Source: Candidatus Woesearchaeota archaeon
Lineage (GTDB): Archaea > Nanobdellota > Nanobdellia > Woesearchaeales > UBA10216
Assembly: GCA_016185705.1 (NCBI GenBank)
Contig: JACPMZ010000005.1
Location: 128-64,127, forward strand
Direction: 5' to 3'
DNA: 64,000 nucleotides
Of the stretch, positions 8,618-17,590 are shown piece by piece (the stretch's first letter is position 1; the number at the start of each line of letters is the position of its first letter). The notes under the pieces are model-generated. The model saw nothing but the letters and a program-made list of their open reading frames with translations. It did no database searches and was not told the origin of the DNA. Both the position numbers and the translations under genes were made by a program.

Positions 8618-8667
8618 CAGAACAAGCGTTGGCATTGGCGGAAAATAGTTTCAGAACTGGTGCAGAG

Positions 8668-9186
8668 CTATTTCTCCTTAACAACCTTTATCGTAAATCC
8701 GCAGGGCATTTTTTTGGCAGCCCGCTTTAATGCTTTTCTTGCGACATCCAGCCTGTTGGGGTTGACAGTTACTGTGAACAGTTTTTCACCCTCGCGGACT
8801 TGCAGTGCTATGCCTATTGGCTTTCCGAAGCTTTTCTGCATTCCTGTGCTTACCCTATCAGCGCCTGCTCCTGCTGCCAGCGGGTTTTCCCTTAGAATGT
8901 GGTAGGGATATTTTCTTATTTTGAAGAAAAAGCTGCCCGCCGCTTCCTTCTCAAGCAGCTTGAGGCTTGTCATTCTCGCTGATTCTATGGCTTCCTGCCT
9001 TATCTGTATGGATGCTTTCGGAATCAGGTCAAGCGTGTACTCGCGCTTCGTTTCAGTCCCCATGTTGAAGCGCGTTATTTTCCTGGTCGGAGTTATTCTT
9101 ATGAACGACTTTTTCTTGAACTTGGATATCCTTGTGTATGGCCTTTCAATCCTGCGGTAAGCCCGCCATCTTCTTAGCTTTGGCAT
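8668..9186 (-). CDS. rpl10e: 50S ribosomal protein L10e (uL16)
   Basis: MPKLRRWRAYRRIERPYTRISKFKKKSFI... is a typical L10e N-terminus. TATA TTTAAATA at 9210-9217. Confidence 0.93.
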   Translation of the reverse strand: MPKLRRWRAYRRIERPYTRISKFKKKSFIRITPTRKITRFNMGTETKREYTLDLIPKASIQIRQEAIESARMTSLKLLEKEAAGSFFFKIRKYPYHILRENPLAAGAGADRVSTGMQKSFGKPIGIALQVREGEKLFTVTVNPNRLDVARKALKRAAKKMPCGFTIKVVKEK

Positions 9187-9261
9187 GTGTAAAAAGTGTC
9201 TTGCGTGGGTTTAAATAGTTTACTGATAAGTTTTTAATACACGCGCAACTACTTTTCACCT

Positions 9262-9666
9262 ATGACCAAAGTCATGTGCTTCGGAACATTTGATATCCTG
9301 CATAAAGGCCACGAATACTATTTGCAGGAAGCTAAGCAGCTGGGGGATGAACTTGTAGTTGTCATTGCTCTGGACGCCACTGTTGCCGAAGTCAAAAAAA
9401 AGCTTCCCCGGAATAATCAGGAAGCCAGAATTGGTAATTTGCGGCAGTTGAAGATAGCAGATAAGGTTGTTCTCGGCAATCAGGGCGATAAGTTAAAAAT
9501 TATTGAGGATGAAAAGCCGGATATTGTCTGTTTCGGCTACGACCAGACGGCTTTTACTGAAAATGTTCAGGCAAAGCTGGAGCAGCGCGGCTTAAAAGTC
9601 AAAGTTGTGCGCCTGAAAGCTTACCATCCCGGCAAGTATAAGAGTTCGTTGATGGGGCAATCATAA
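9262..9666 (+). CDS. ribL: cytidylyltransferase-fold FAD synthetase (RibL-like)
   Basis: GTFDILHKGHEYYL...GDELVVVIALD...KPDIVCFGYDQ. Size and layout match archaeal RibL as I recall it. TATA TTTTTAATA at 9232-9240. Confidence 0.75.
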   Translation: MTKVMCFGTFDILHKGHEYYLQEAKQLGDELVVVIALDATVAEVKKKLPRNNQEARIGNLRQLKIADKVVLGNQGDKLKIIEDEKPDIVCFGYDQTAFTENVQAKLEQRGLKVKVVRLKAYHPGKYKSSLMGQS

Positions 9667-10089
9667 TTTTTTCTGCCCCAAATATTTTTTAAGAAACTTG
9701 TCTGCTTTTCTAAGCACTGCCCTGCTGCTTGGATACGTTACTTTCTTAACTGCTTTCGCAAACTCAAGCCATTTGTACTCTTTGTGCTCGAAACTTAGCT
9801 TGATGTTTTGGGTCTGCGTTTCAGCAAGGTAGAATACGACTTCTTTTGCTATTTTTTTGCCGTTCTTGCTGTATTCGTAGCTTATTATTTCCTTGAATCC
9901 CGGTATCAGCCTCAGGTCAATAAGTCCTGCTTCCTCCTCTGCTTCCCTTACCACTGTCTCCTCTTCTTCCTCATCCGTATCCACGTGCCCTTTTACATAG
10001 TCCCAGTGCCCTGCGCCGTAGAGCAGCAGCAGGTACTTTGGCTTCTTGTCCTGGCGATATATCACCGCTCCGGCTGATTTCTCCCTCAT
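9661..10089 (-). CDS. NUDIX hydrolase
   Basis: Nudix box GHWDYVKGHVDTDEEEEETVVREAEEEAGL. Confidence 0.85.
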   Translation of the reverse strand: MREKSAGAVIYRQDKKPKYLLLLYGAGHWDYVKGHVDTDEEEEETVVREAEEEAGLIDLRLIPGFKEIISYEYSKNGKKIAKEVVFYLAETQTQNIKLSFEHKEYKWLEFAKAVKKVTYPSSRAVLRKADKFLKKYLGQKKL

Positions 10090-10176
10090 GTATTAAATAC
10101 GGCTTTTTGGCGCTTAAAAAGTTATTGATATTGAGGTCTGGCAGAAACAGGGGGTACGGCTTTTCAATGACGCCTG

Positions 10177-10527
10177 CTATTGCCTTCTGCTTTCAATGAT
10201 GCTGTAACTGGCTTTATCGGCAACCGGGTTGCGGTAATATTTGGTGCCAATCTGCATGAGAAGCCCATCCTTGCAGAAGCGTTCAACCCATTCGCGCATA
10301 GTATCTCCTATGATTTTTTTCGTGGCTTCTTCGCTCTGTGGTTTTCCGGTGCTTACACGAAGTCCGATATCAAGCTTACAAATTTCACCAATTCCTGCTC
10401 CGTCTTCCGGTACGGCTGCCAACAGCCTTGCCGGGTACAAGCCAATTACATGGCAATTTCCATTGTATGAAATAGTGACTGTGCCTGACACAATGCGCTC
10501 AAGTTCTTCGCGAGGAGGGTTCTGCAT
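10177..10527 (-). CDS. hypothetical protein (116 aa)
   Basis: ORF with ATG, upstream of 9661..10089 on the same strand. No family recognised. Confidence 0.45.
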   Translation of the reverse strand: MQNPPREELERIVSGTVTISYNGNCHVIGLYPARLLAAVPEDGAGIGEICKLDIGLRVSTGKPQSEEATKKIIGDTMREWVERFCKDGLLMQIGTKYYRNPVADKASYSIIESRRQ

Positions 10528-10536
10528 TGAGCTTGG

Positions 10537-11421
10537 TTAATTCCAGCTATTTATCAATTTATCTTTTAGGCTCTTGTAAGTGTGCTCCGCAATCTTCCTT
10601 AAATTCACAACATCCTCTTCATTGTAATCCACGAGCAGCTGCAGATAGTGCTCGTTTCCGCTTCCCCGCCACATTCTGTGCAGCAATGCAGCGTCTCCGC
10701 CGTACATTTGCCGGACTATTTCGTTTGCCCGCCATATGCCAAGCTTGTTCTCAATTTGCTTCAGCCCGCCGCTTAAGCCGATTCTTTGGCAGCAGAACCT
10801 CAGGTCAAAGTGCGGTATGTCTGGCAGTATGTTTCCGTATCTTTTCCTGATGAACGGAACATCAAATACGCTGCCGTTAAACGTTACTGTTATTTTATAC
10901 TTCAACAGCTCATTCCTCAACGCTGCGTAGTCAAGATTAATGCCGCGAACCATGGTTTTTGTATCCAGCCCGTCAAACAAGCCAACTACTGTTATGTCGT
11001 CTGTTTCGTTCAGCCCGTCTGTTTCTATGTCCAGATAAACAGCATCCTCCCTGAAGAATTCATACAGGCGCCATTGTTCAGAAAGAGGCATGGCGCTTGC
11101 AAAGTAGCTGCTGTTGCTGCTGAAAAGCTGCTTCCTTGCTTCCATCAGCTTTCGGTCATAGTATGCTTTTGACTTTGGCGATATGCCTTTGACGCGTTTG
11201 GTAGTAAGGAAAGCTTCCCAGCTGTATATGCCCTGGCTCCATATCTGCCGTTCTTTCTCCTTCCCAATTCGGTCCAGGAATATGAAGCTGTTCTGTATCA
11301 TTCCAAAGCAGAATGCTTGCTGGTTTATATCTTCTATCCGTGCATGTCCAGTGTCCATTGGGCGCTGGGTCCGAAAATTTTTAATTTCTCGTATCCGGTG
11401 GCGGGTGGTGGTTTGAATCAT
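10537..11421 (-). CDS. RNase H-fold predicted exonuclease (COG3359/YprB-like)
   Basis: VYLDIETDGL ... VTFNGSVFDVPFIRKRY ... DxxxL acidic motifs in DEDD-like order. Confidence 0.7.
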   Translation of the reverse strand: MIQTTTRHRIREIKNFRTQRPMDTGHARIEDINQQAFCFGMIQNSFIFLDRIGKEKERQIWSQGIYSWEAFLTTKRVKGISPKSKAYYDRKLMEARKQLFSSNSSYFASAMPLSEQWRLYEFFREDAVYLDIETDGLNETDDITVVGLFDGLDTKTMVRGINLDYAALRNELLKYKITVTFNGSVFDVPFIRKRYGNILPDIPHFDLRFCCQRIGLSGGLKQIENKLGIWRANEIVRQMYGGDAALLHRMWRGSGNEHYLQLLVDYNEEDVVNLRKIAEHTYKSLKDKLINSWN

Positions 11422-11503
11422 AATTATGGTTTAATTTGAACCAAAAATTTGCAGACAAGTGCGGACACATACCTTTAAATATTGCATATTCTGGTCTTTG
11501 CTT

Positions 11504-12346
11504 ATGGGCGAAATTACCCTCGGCGGACAGGCAGTTATTGAAGGAGTTTTGATGCGCACCAAGACGCATTATGCCGTTGCCGTCAGGAACGATAAGGGCA
11601 GCATTGTTGTTAAGAAGGAGCAGATTTCGTCTTTTTTGGGCGGCGTCAGGATTTTCCGGCTGCCTTTTCTCCGCGGCATTGCTGCGCTTTTTGAGACTTT
11701 GTCAATCGGCTTCAGGGCGCTGCTGTATTCTGCCCATGTTTCCTCTGGTGAGCAGGACCGCCTGTCAAGGAAGGAGATGGGCATTGCAATTGCTCTTTCA
11801 AGCCTGATGGCTGTTGCTATTTTCATTGCCTTGCCTTTTATTTTTGCTTCCCTTCTTGCCAGGGAAAATCTTTTGTTTAACCTGCTGGACGGAGTGCTGC
11901 GCTTAACTGCTCTTTTTGCTTACCTTATTTTCATTTCTTTCTTTAAGGACGTGCGCAGGATTTTTGAGTATCACGGCGCTGAGCACATGGCTATTCATGC
12001 TTATGAGAATAAGAAAAAGCTTACCCCCGCAAACATCATGAAATACGAGACCATGCATCCCCGCTGCGGAACCAGCTTTTTGCTGATTGTGGTGGTGATT
12101 AGCGTTATTGTATTCTCAGTGATTACTGTTGACCATTTTGTTCTTAAGTTTTTTTCGCGAATAATGCTTCTTCCAGTTGTGGCAGGCATCTCCTATGAGT
12201 TCCTTAAGTTTACTGCGAAGCATCAGGACAATTATTTCATACGCCCATTAACTAAGCCCGGCATCTGGCTGCAGTTAATTACAACCAAGCGGCCTGACAG
12301 GAAACAGGTTGAGGTTGCTGTGGCTGCGCTGAAAGCTATAAGCTAG
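11504..12346 (+). CDS. DUF1385 (YqhQ-like) membrane protein
   Basis: Hallmark GGQAVIEGVLMR near the N-terminus. The track start at 11459 is a GTG. The ATG at 11504 lies 26 nt from TTTAAATA (11474-11481). Confidence 0.8.
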   Translation: MGEITLGGQAVIEGVLMRTKTHYAVAVRNDKGSIVVKKEQISSFLGGVRIFRLPFLRGIAALFETLSIGFRALLYSAHVSSGEQDRLSRKEMGIAIALSSLMAVAIFIALPFIFASLLARENLLFNLLDGVLRLTALFAYLIFISFFKDVRRIFEYHGAEHMAIHAYENKKKLTPANIMKYETMHPRCGTSFLLIVVVISVIVFSVITVDHFVLKFFSRIMLLPVVAGISYEFLKFTAKHQDNYFIRPLTKPGIWLQLITTKRPDRKQVEVAVAALKAIS

Positions 12347-12521
12347 CCCTCTCTTCCCGCTGCTCCATGTCTGAGTCAACTTCCTCCAAATAATCCTGAG
12401 CGCTCTTCACCTTTTCCAGAGTATCAGGCTTGTTGCAGTACGGGCAGCTCTTCGGCATTTTTTCAGCAGACTTCGGAGTGAACTTATACATGCAGTTGCC
12501 GCACTGGTAGCTTTGTTCCAT
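12336..12521 (-). CDS. small zinc-ribbon protein (61 aa)
   Basis: CGNC...CPYC pairs. TATA TGCTATAAAAAT at about 12541-12552. Confidence 0.5.
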   Translation of the reverse strand: MEQSYQCGNCMYKFTPKSAEKMPKSCPYCNKPDTLEKVKSAQDYLEEVDSDMEQREERASL

Positions 12522-12578
12522 ATTCTTTGGTGCCTTAATTTGCTATAAAAATTTTTTGCACAATATGGCTATTAAGAA

Positions 12579-13166
12579 TCAGTACCCCAAATCCCTTCTC
12601 TGCCTTCTGTATTTTCTGTTGGTGCTTGCTGTCCTGCTTGGCCTCATTTTCTCTGCGCCTTTGCCTCTGTGCCTTAAGCCGCGGCTTTTCCTCGCTGCTG
12701 AGGTTAAGCCGCGATTTGCTCTTCCTTTTTTGCTTAATATCCAGTTCAGGTTGCTGTCAGCTGCCAGTTCAGGGCTCATGCGGTCTGCAAGTATTATTTC
12801 GTGCCAGTAATGCGTTCCGTCCTTGCCTACAAAGTAGGAGTTCATGACTTCCATGTTCGGATATTTTTGGGATGCGCGCTGCTCAGCAACTGCCCTGTAA
12901 TTCATGTCAAGTATTTTGATTTGCCTTGCGTGCTTGCTTCTTCTTCCGCCTTTTATGTCAGGCCTTTTTCTTCCACCCCTGTCCACACGCTGCCTTACTA
13001 CAATTATTCCTGACTTTGCCTTGTATCCCAATGTTCTGGCTCTGCTGAGTTTGGTAGGCCTGGTTAGTCTCACAGTTGCCGGTTCCTGCCTCCATCCAAT
13101 CATTCTTTCCGTCATGCTGCGGCCTTTCCACAGATTTGCCAGGTGCTTGTGCATTCCCATACGCAT
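12579..13166 (-). CDS. rpl15e: 50S ribosomal protein L15e
   Basis: ...HKHLANLWKG...VRLTRPTKLSRARTLGYKAKSGIIVVRQRVDRGGRKRP... Start is either 13166 or, better spaced from the TATA at 13182-13190, the ATG at 13160 (MGMHK). Confidence 0.92.
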   Translation of the reverse strand: MRMGMHKHLANLWKGRSMTERMIGWRQEPATVRLTRPTKLSRARTLGYKAKSGIIVVRQRVDRGGRKRPDIKGGRRSKHARQIKILDMNYRAVAEQRASQKYPNMEVMNSYFVGKDGTHYWHEIILADRMSPELAADSNLNWILSKKGRANRGLTSAARKSRGLRHRGKGAEKMRPSRTASTNRKYRRQRRDLGY

Positions 13167-13266
13167 CTGAGATTTGCAGGGTATTTATAAGTGTTGCTGT
13201 TTTGTCGTGTTGAAGCGATGAGAATTCAGCACAATATTTTTATATCCTGCCCCTCCCCTGCTTTGT

Positions 13267-14253
13267 ATGCCTGCAGATTCTTATTTGGAGGTTGTGAAAG
13301 GTTTGGCAGGGCAGATTGAGGCAGCGTCTTCCATTGAGGCCAGCAAGCTTCCGGTTGGCCATTACGATAAGATTGTCGTCAGCGGAATGGGCGGCTCGTC
13401 TATTGCTGGCGCTTTGCTGCAGACTTATATGACTGATTCCAAGGTTCCGGTTTTCCTGAGCCGCACCTACGAGATTCCTGACTTTGTAGACCGCAGCACG
13501 CTTGTATTCATTATTTCTTATTCCGGCAACACTGAGGAAACCATTAGTTCGTTGCGGTTTGCCATCCGCAAGGGCGCAGCTGTTGTCGCAATTTCCTCTG
13601 GCGGAAAGCTGCTGAATAAGTTTCAGGAGCAGCAGCTTCCTTACATTAAATTGCCTGCTAATCTGCAGCCCAGGGCTTCCATTGCTTACCAGCTTATTCC
13701 AATGCTTCGCCTTCTTTACAAGCTGAAAATCATTTCCAATCCGGCGGGTGATATTGCCAGTACCGTTGCTTCACTGAAAAAATTTTCTTACGAAGACCGG
13801 GCCAAAAACCTTGCCGGCAAGCTTATTGGCAAGGTGCCTTTGATTTACGCTTCCGAAAAATTTTATTCAGTTGCTTACCGCTGGAAAACGCAGTTCAATG
13901 AGAACGCGAAGGTGCATGCCTTCTCTTCAGCGTTCTCAGAGCTTAACCATAACGAGCTGGTCGGCTACACCAACCTTAACGCCAGCTATTACGTCATAAT
14001 CCTGGAGGATGAGAACGACCACCCGCGAATTAAGGCAAGGATGAAGCTGACCCGGGAAGTAATTTCAAAGAAGGAAGTGCCTTCAACTTTGTTGGTAATC
14101 AAGGGCGATAACCTGCTGACAAGGATATTCTCAGCCATACACATAGGGGACTTGGCAAGCGTTTACCTGGCATTTCTCACAAACACAGACCCTGAGCCGG
14201 TTTATCTGATTGAGGAGCTTAAGAGAAAGCTGGAGAAGGTGCCGTTTATATAA
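13267..14253 (+). CDS. bifunctional phosphoglucose/phosphomannose isomerase (SIS domain)
   Basis: VVSGMGGSSIAG, ISYSGNTEET, and a C-terminal PGI/PMI-type region. TATA ATATTTTTATAT at 13234-13245. Confidence 0.85.
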   Translation: MPADSYLEVVKGLAGQIEAASSIEASKLPVGHYDKIVVSGMGGSSIAGALLQTYMTDSKVPVFLSRTYEIPDFVDRSTLVFIISYSGNTEETISSLRFAIRKGAAVVAISSGGKLLNKFQEQQLPYIKLPANLQPRASIAYQLIPMLRLLYKLKIISNPAGDIASTVASLKKFSYEDRAKNLAGKLIGKVPLIYASEKFYSVAYRWKTQFNENAKVHAFSSAFSELNHNELVGYTNLNASYYVIILEDENDHPRIKARMKLTREVISKKEVPSTLLVIKGDNLLTRIFSAIHIGDLASVYLAFLTNTDPEPVYLIEELKRKLEKVPFI

Positions 14254-14381
14254 TAGTAAAAAATCCGCCGCACCTTTCGCCACAATCTTGACAATAATTC
14301 TGCTGTACCTTCCATAAATGACACTTGCCCTTGCCTGCCAAACCAAAAAAATCAAATACATGGTTAAAATACGCAAATGCA

Positions 14382-14765
14382 ATGGCTATAAGAAGATGCT
14401 TCAGCTGCAAATCCATGGCAGAGCTGAAAGACATGCGATATGACAGGAACGGCAAGGACCTCATATGCAGCAGCTGCCTGGCAAAGGAGAATAGGGCTGG
14501 AAAATTAACTGTTTCTGAAATGATAGCTGAAGAAAGCAGGGAAAATAAGATGAAACATACAGGCAATGCCCAAAGAAATGCAGGCAGCGAAGAAAGCAGG
14601 CTCATAAGCTACCAGTGCGGAAGCTGCAATCTCGGCTTCTCCATCCTAAAAGGGGCGATAGCGAGCCACTGCCCCTACTGCGGAAACAACAGCGTAAGAA
14701 TGGCATTTAAGGAATCTGCGCAAAGCCTCATAGAAGAATCTGCAAGGATGAAGTTTGAGGATTAG
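14382..14765 (+). CDS. double zinc-ribbon protein
   Basis: CFSC...CSSC and CGSC...CPYC. The track start at 14325 is a TTG, and the first in-frame ATG is at 14382. Confidence 0.5.
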   Translation: MAIRRCFSCKSMAELKDMRYDRNGKDLICSSCLAKENRAGKLTVSEMIAEESRENKMKHTGNAQRNAGSEESRLISYQCGSCNLGFSILKGAIASHCPYCGNNSVRMAFKESAQSLIEESARMKFED

Positions 14766-14901
14766 CCGGCAAAACAAAATCTGTTCGCAACCGGTTAAAT
14801 TCAGGCAGCCATCGCTCCATCGAAATTCTTAAAAGAATAATTCACTATTATTTTATTATCACAGCGATAAATTTAAATAGCAGCGGCAGCAACCGGATTG
14901 C

Positions 14902-15453
14902 ATGCTCGCAGACATAAATGAAGTCAAAATACTGAGGAAAAGACACAGCTTAACACAAAATCAGCTTGCAAAATTAGCAGGAGTTTCCCAAAGCTTGATT
15001 GCAAAGCTTGAAGCAGGGCTGATTGACCCGAGCTACAGCAACTTCCGCAGAATTTATGATGTTCTGCAGGGGTTAGGTGAGAAAAAGGAAGCCAAAGCAG
15101 CGGAAGTGGCGAGCAGGCGCATAATCAGCGTTGCCGGGAACTCTGCGCTTGCAGAAGCCGTGAAAAAAATGAAGCAGCATGAAATCTCGCAGCTGCCGGT
15201 GATTGAAAAAGGCAGTGTTGTTGGCTTAGTATCAGAAGCAGACGTCATTGAAAGCATCCATCAGGGCAGGGAAGTGAAAGGGCTGAAGGTTGCAGACGTC
15301 ATGCAGGATGCGCCGCCAACAGTGCCGCAGGCAACGCCGCTAAGCGCAGTAACAGAGCTGCTGAGAGTCAGCCAGATAATCATAGTAACGGACAAAGGCA
15401 AGGCAGCAGGAGTAATAACAAAAGCAGACGTATTGGACAGGTTAACTAAGTGA
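14902..15453 (+). CDS. XRE-type HTH transcriptional regulator with tandem CBS domains
   Basis: LTQNQLAKLAGVSQSLIAKLE HTH, then two CBS-like repeats (ISQLPVIEKGSVVGLVSEADV; IIIVTDKGKAAGVITKADVL). TTTAAATA at 14872-14879, 26 nt from the ATG. Confidence 0.85.
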   Translation: MLADINEVKILRKRHSLTQNQLAKLAGVSQSLIAKLEAGLIDPSYSNFRRIYDVLQGLGEKKEAKAAEVASRRIISVAGNSALAEAVKKMKQHEISQLPVIEKGSVVGLVSEADVIESIHQGREVKGLKVADVMQDAPPTVPQATPLSAVTELLRVSQIIIVTDKGKAAGVITKADVLDRLTK

Positions 15454-16161
15454 TTCTCCCAGAATTTTTATTTTCGCTCTGGCAGTTGCGTAGTTTGCTT
15501 TTATTCCAAGAAACTTTGCTGCAGCTTTATCGGCAGCCATTGCATCAGCGCTTGCAACTGCAAAAGCCTCCTTCTTTGAAGTTACCGTGTCAAAGCCGTC
15601 CAAAACTGCAAGATTTGGACGCAGCAGCTTATACAGCTCCAAAACATTTTTGCTAAAATGCCTGGATTTCAGCAAAGCAGACTTTTCCTGCACAGCGCCG
15701 AGCACCATGTTGGAAACGCAGCCCAGAAAGGATGATGAGTAAGTTCTGGGCAGGCCAACTGAAATCCTGAAGTCAGCGCGAAGCAAAGACTTGGAAACGC
15801 TGTAAGCCCTTGAGCCAAGCTTTACAGGAACCGAATCGTCCTTATTGAGGTCAACAAACCTGACAGAATAATCGTTCAGCAAATCATGGAAGCCGTGGTT
15901 GTGGAAAACATCCTCGTCAGTAAAGCTGCCTTCTGCAATCGCAATCTTCTTGTTCGTGAACTCGTCAATAAAGTCCAGCACTGCCTTGACAGAATCAACA
16001 TTCGCCGAAGGACTGCAGCCGCGGACGTGCAGCAAATCCGGCTTGATGACGATGCTGCTGCTTTTACTTATTTTATCCGCCACGCTGCCCTGAATCAGCT
16101 CAAGCGCACGAAACACATTATCATAGCGCACAACGCCTTTGACGAGGGAAACTTCAGCCAT
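15442..16161 (-). CDS. DUF362 domain protein
   Basis: VVRYDNVFRALELI...IVIKPDLL...ANVDSVKAVLDFI...IAIAEGS layout recalled from DUF362. TTTAAATA at 16184-16191. Confidence 0.65.
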   Translation of the reverse strand: MAEVSLVKGVVRYDNVFRALELIQGSVADKISKSSSIVIKPDLLHVRGCSPSANVDSVKAVLDFIDEFTNKKIAIAEGSFTDEDVFHNHGFHDLLNDYSVRFVDLNKDDSVPVKLGSRAYSVSKSLLRADFRISVGLPRTYSSSFLGCVSNMVLGAVQEKSALLKSRHFSKNVLELYKLLRPNLAVLDGFDTVTSKKEAFAVASADAMAADKAAAKFLGIKANYATARAKIKILGESLS

Positions 16162-16184
16162 AGACTGAAACTAAGGAAATCCGT

Positions 16185-16940
16185 TTAAATAGTTTGCTGT
16201 GGCTGCTTCAAACCCTTAACCTTCCCAAAATAAAAGTTATCGCCCTCAGCCACAAAAACCTCAAAATCGTCAATGCTGCCTTTCAGAAAAGGGCTTATAA
16301 ATTTCTCTTTCAGCACATCTGTGCCAACAGTTATTGGATTGAAGGAAGGCATGACAATCATTTGCCTGCCCCTGAACGAGCCCTTAAGAAAGCACTTGAA
16401 GGTTTCTGTGCGGGCATTGTCCTTTAGAGAAACAGCAGGGTGCTCGTTGCCTATAACCAGTATTTTCGCTTCCCTGAACTGCTTTGTTGCAGGTATTTGG
16501 TGGCCGTGGCAAACAAAAATGCCTCCTGCGCTGTAATCTTCAACCACAGCAATATTCCTTTTTTTGGCAACAGGGCCCAAAAAAATGTCATGGTTGCCCT
16601 TAATTAGGATTATTTTCTCACAGTGCTTTGACAAAATGTCCAGAAACTTCAGTATCTCCCGCCATTCCTGGCCTGAAATGCTGCCGAACTCGTGCTTTAA
16701 GTCGCCGTTGATTATTATGTTTTTCAGTTTGCCTTTGTGCGATTTTAGCAGTGGCTGAAGTAATTTAAAAGTCTTGTCCAAATCAGCTGCCACATCCCTG
16801 AAATGAAACCTCGGAATCAGGACACCGCGCCGGTTAAGCGCCTCCTCATAGCCGATGTGAACGTCTCCAATAACAAGCGAGTTAATCTTTTTGATGTAGA
16901 GGGCTAAGTTTACAATCTCCATGCCCTTTAGCAGTTCCAT
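16185..16940 (-). CDS. binuclear metallophosphoesterase (PdeM/MPE-like, Lhr-associated)
   Basis: LVIGDVHIGYEE, INGDLKHE, IKGNHD and VCHGH motifs. Confidence 0.8.
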   Translation of the reverse strand: MELLKGMEIVNLALYIKKINSLVIGDVHIGYEEALNRRGVLIPRFHFRDVAADLDKTFKLLQPLLKSHKGKLKNIIINGDLKHEFGSISGQEWREILKFLDILSKHCEKIILIKGNHDIFLGPVAKKRNIAVVEDYSAGGIFVCHGHQIPATKQFREAKILVIGNEHPAVSLKDNARTETFKCFLKGSFRGRQMIVMPSFNPITVGTDVLKEKFISPFLKGSIDDFEVFVAEGDNFYFGKVKGLKQPQQTI

Positions 16941-16976
16941 GGAGATAAAGAAAGGAATGGCAGTAAATAAAGTTAA

Positions 16977-17360
16977 TCACTCCGGAAACTCAATTTCTCC
17001 AACAGAACAGCGCTGGCAAATCATGCCTTCGGTGCTTAAGCCGTGAAGCTTTACAATATTAAAGCTTCTGCCGCAGTTTTCGCACTTTACAGTTACCTGC
17101 TCCAGGGGGTCAAACATCATGGTGGAGCGCTTAATTTTTTGCCTGGACAAGCGCCTTACCCGCCGCTTCACAGCTCTCTGAGATTTCCCCGCCCTTCTGG
17201 AAACTTTTTTTGTGGCAGCTTTTCGAAAAGAAGACCTCGCCGCAGCCCTGAGCTTCCCGGATACAGCTCGCTTCCGCATCCTCCCTGAAGCAGCGCGCTT
17301 CCCGGCAGACCTGCCCTTAGCCCTTCCAGAAGCCCCCCTCCTAACCCCCCTTCCCTTCAT
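16977..17360 (-). CDS. protein with a highly basic N-terminal tail and a C4 zinc ribbon (127 aa)
   Basis: About 80 aa of R/K/A/S-rich sequence, then CENC...CQRC. The long form is supported by a TATA (AGTATTTATTTG, 17381-17392) 26 nt upstream of the ATG at 17360. Confidence 0.5.
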   Translation of the reverse strand: MKGRGVRRGASGRAKGRSAGKRAASGRMRKRAVSGKLRAAARSSFRKAATKKVSRRAGKSQRAVKRRVRRLSRQKIKRSTMMFDPLEQVTVKCENCGRSFNIVKLHGLSTEGMICQRCSVGEIEFPE

Positions 17361-17474
17361 CCCGACGGCTAATTGATTGCAGAGTATTTATTTGTTTTGG
17401 TTTTTGCGGGGGTGCAATTCCCTGCACGCACATCTTGGTCTGCAGCTGCTTTTCCTGCCGGCAATCCTGCAACC

Positions 17475-17524
17475 CGCTCCTTTTCTTCCCTACCCTAAAA
17501 TTAAGGGATGGAAGAAAAGGAGCG
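17475..17524. repeat. hairpin of the same family (15-bp perfect outer stem)
   Basis: CGCTCCTTTTCTTCC.. ..GGAAGAAAAGGAGCG with CCCTAAAATTAAGGG in the centre. Confidence 0.8.
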
Positions 17525-17590
17525 GAAATGGGAAGCTGTATTGAGGAGAAAAGGAAAGCTGTGCAAAGCACATTAAAAGCGGCGTCAATG

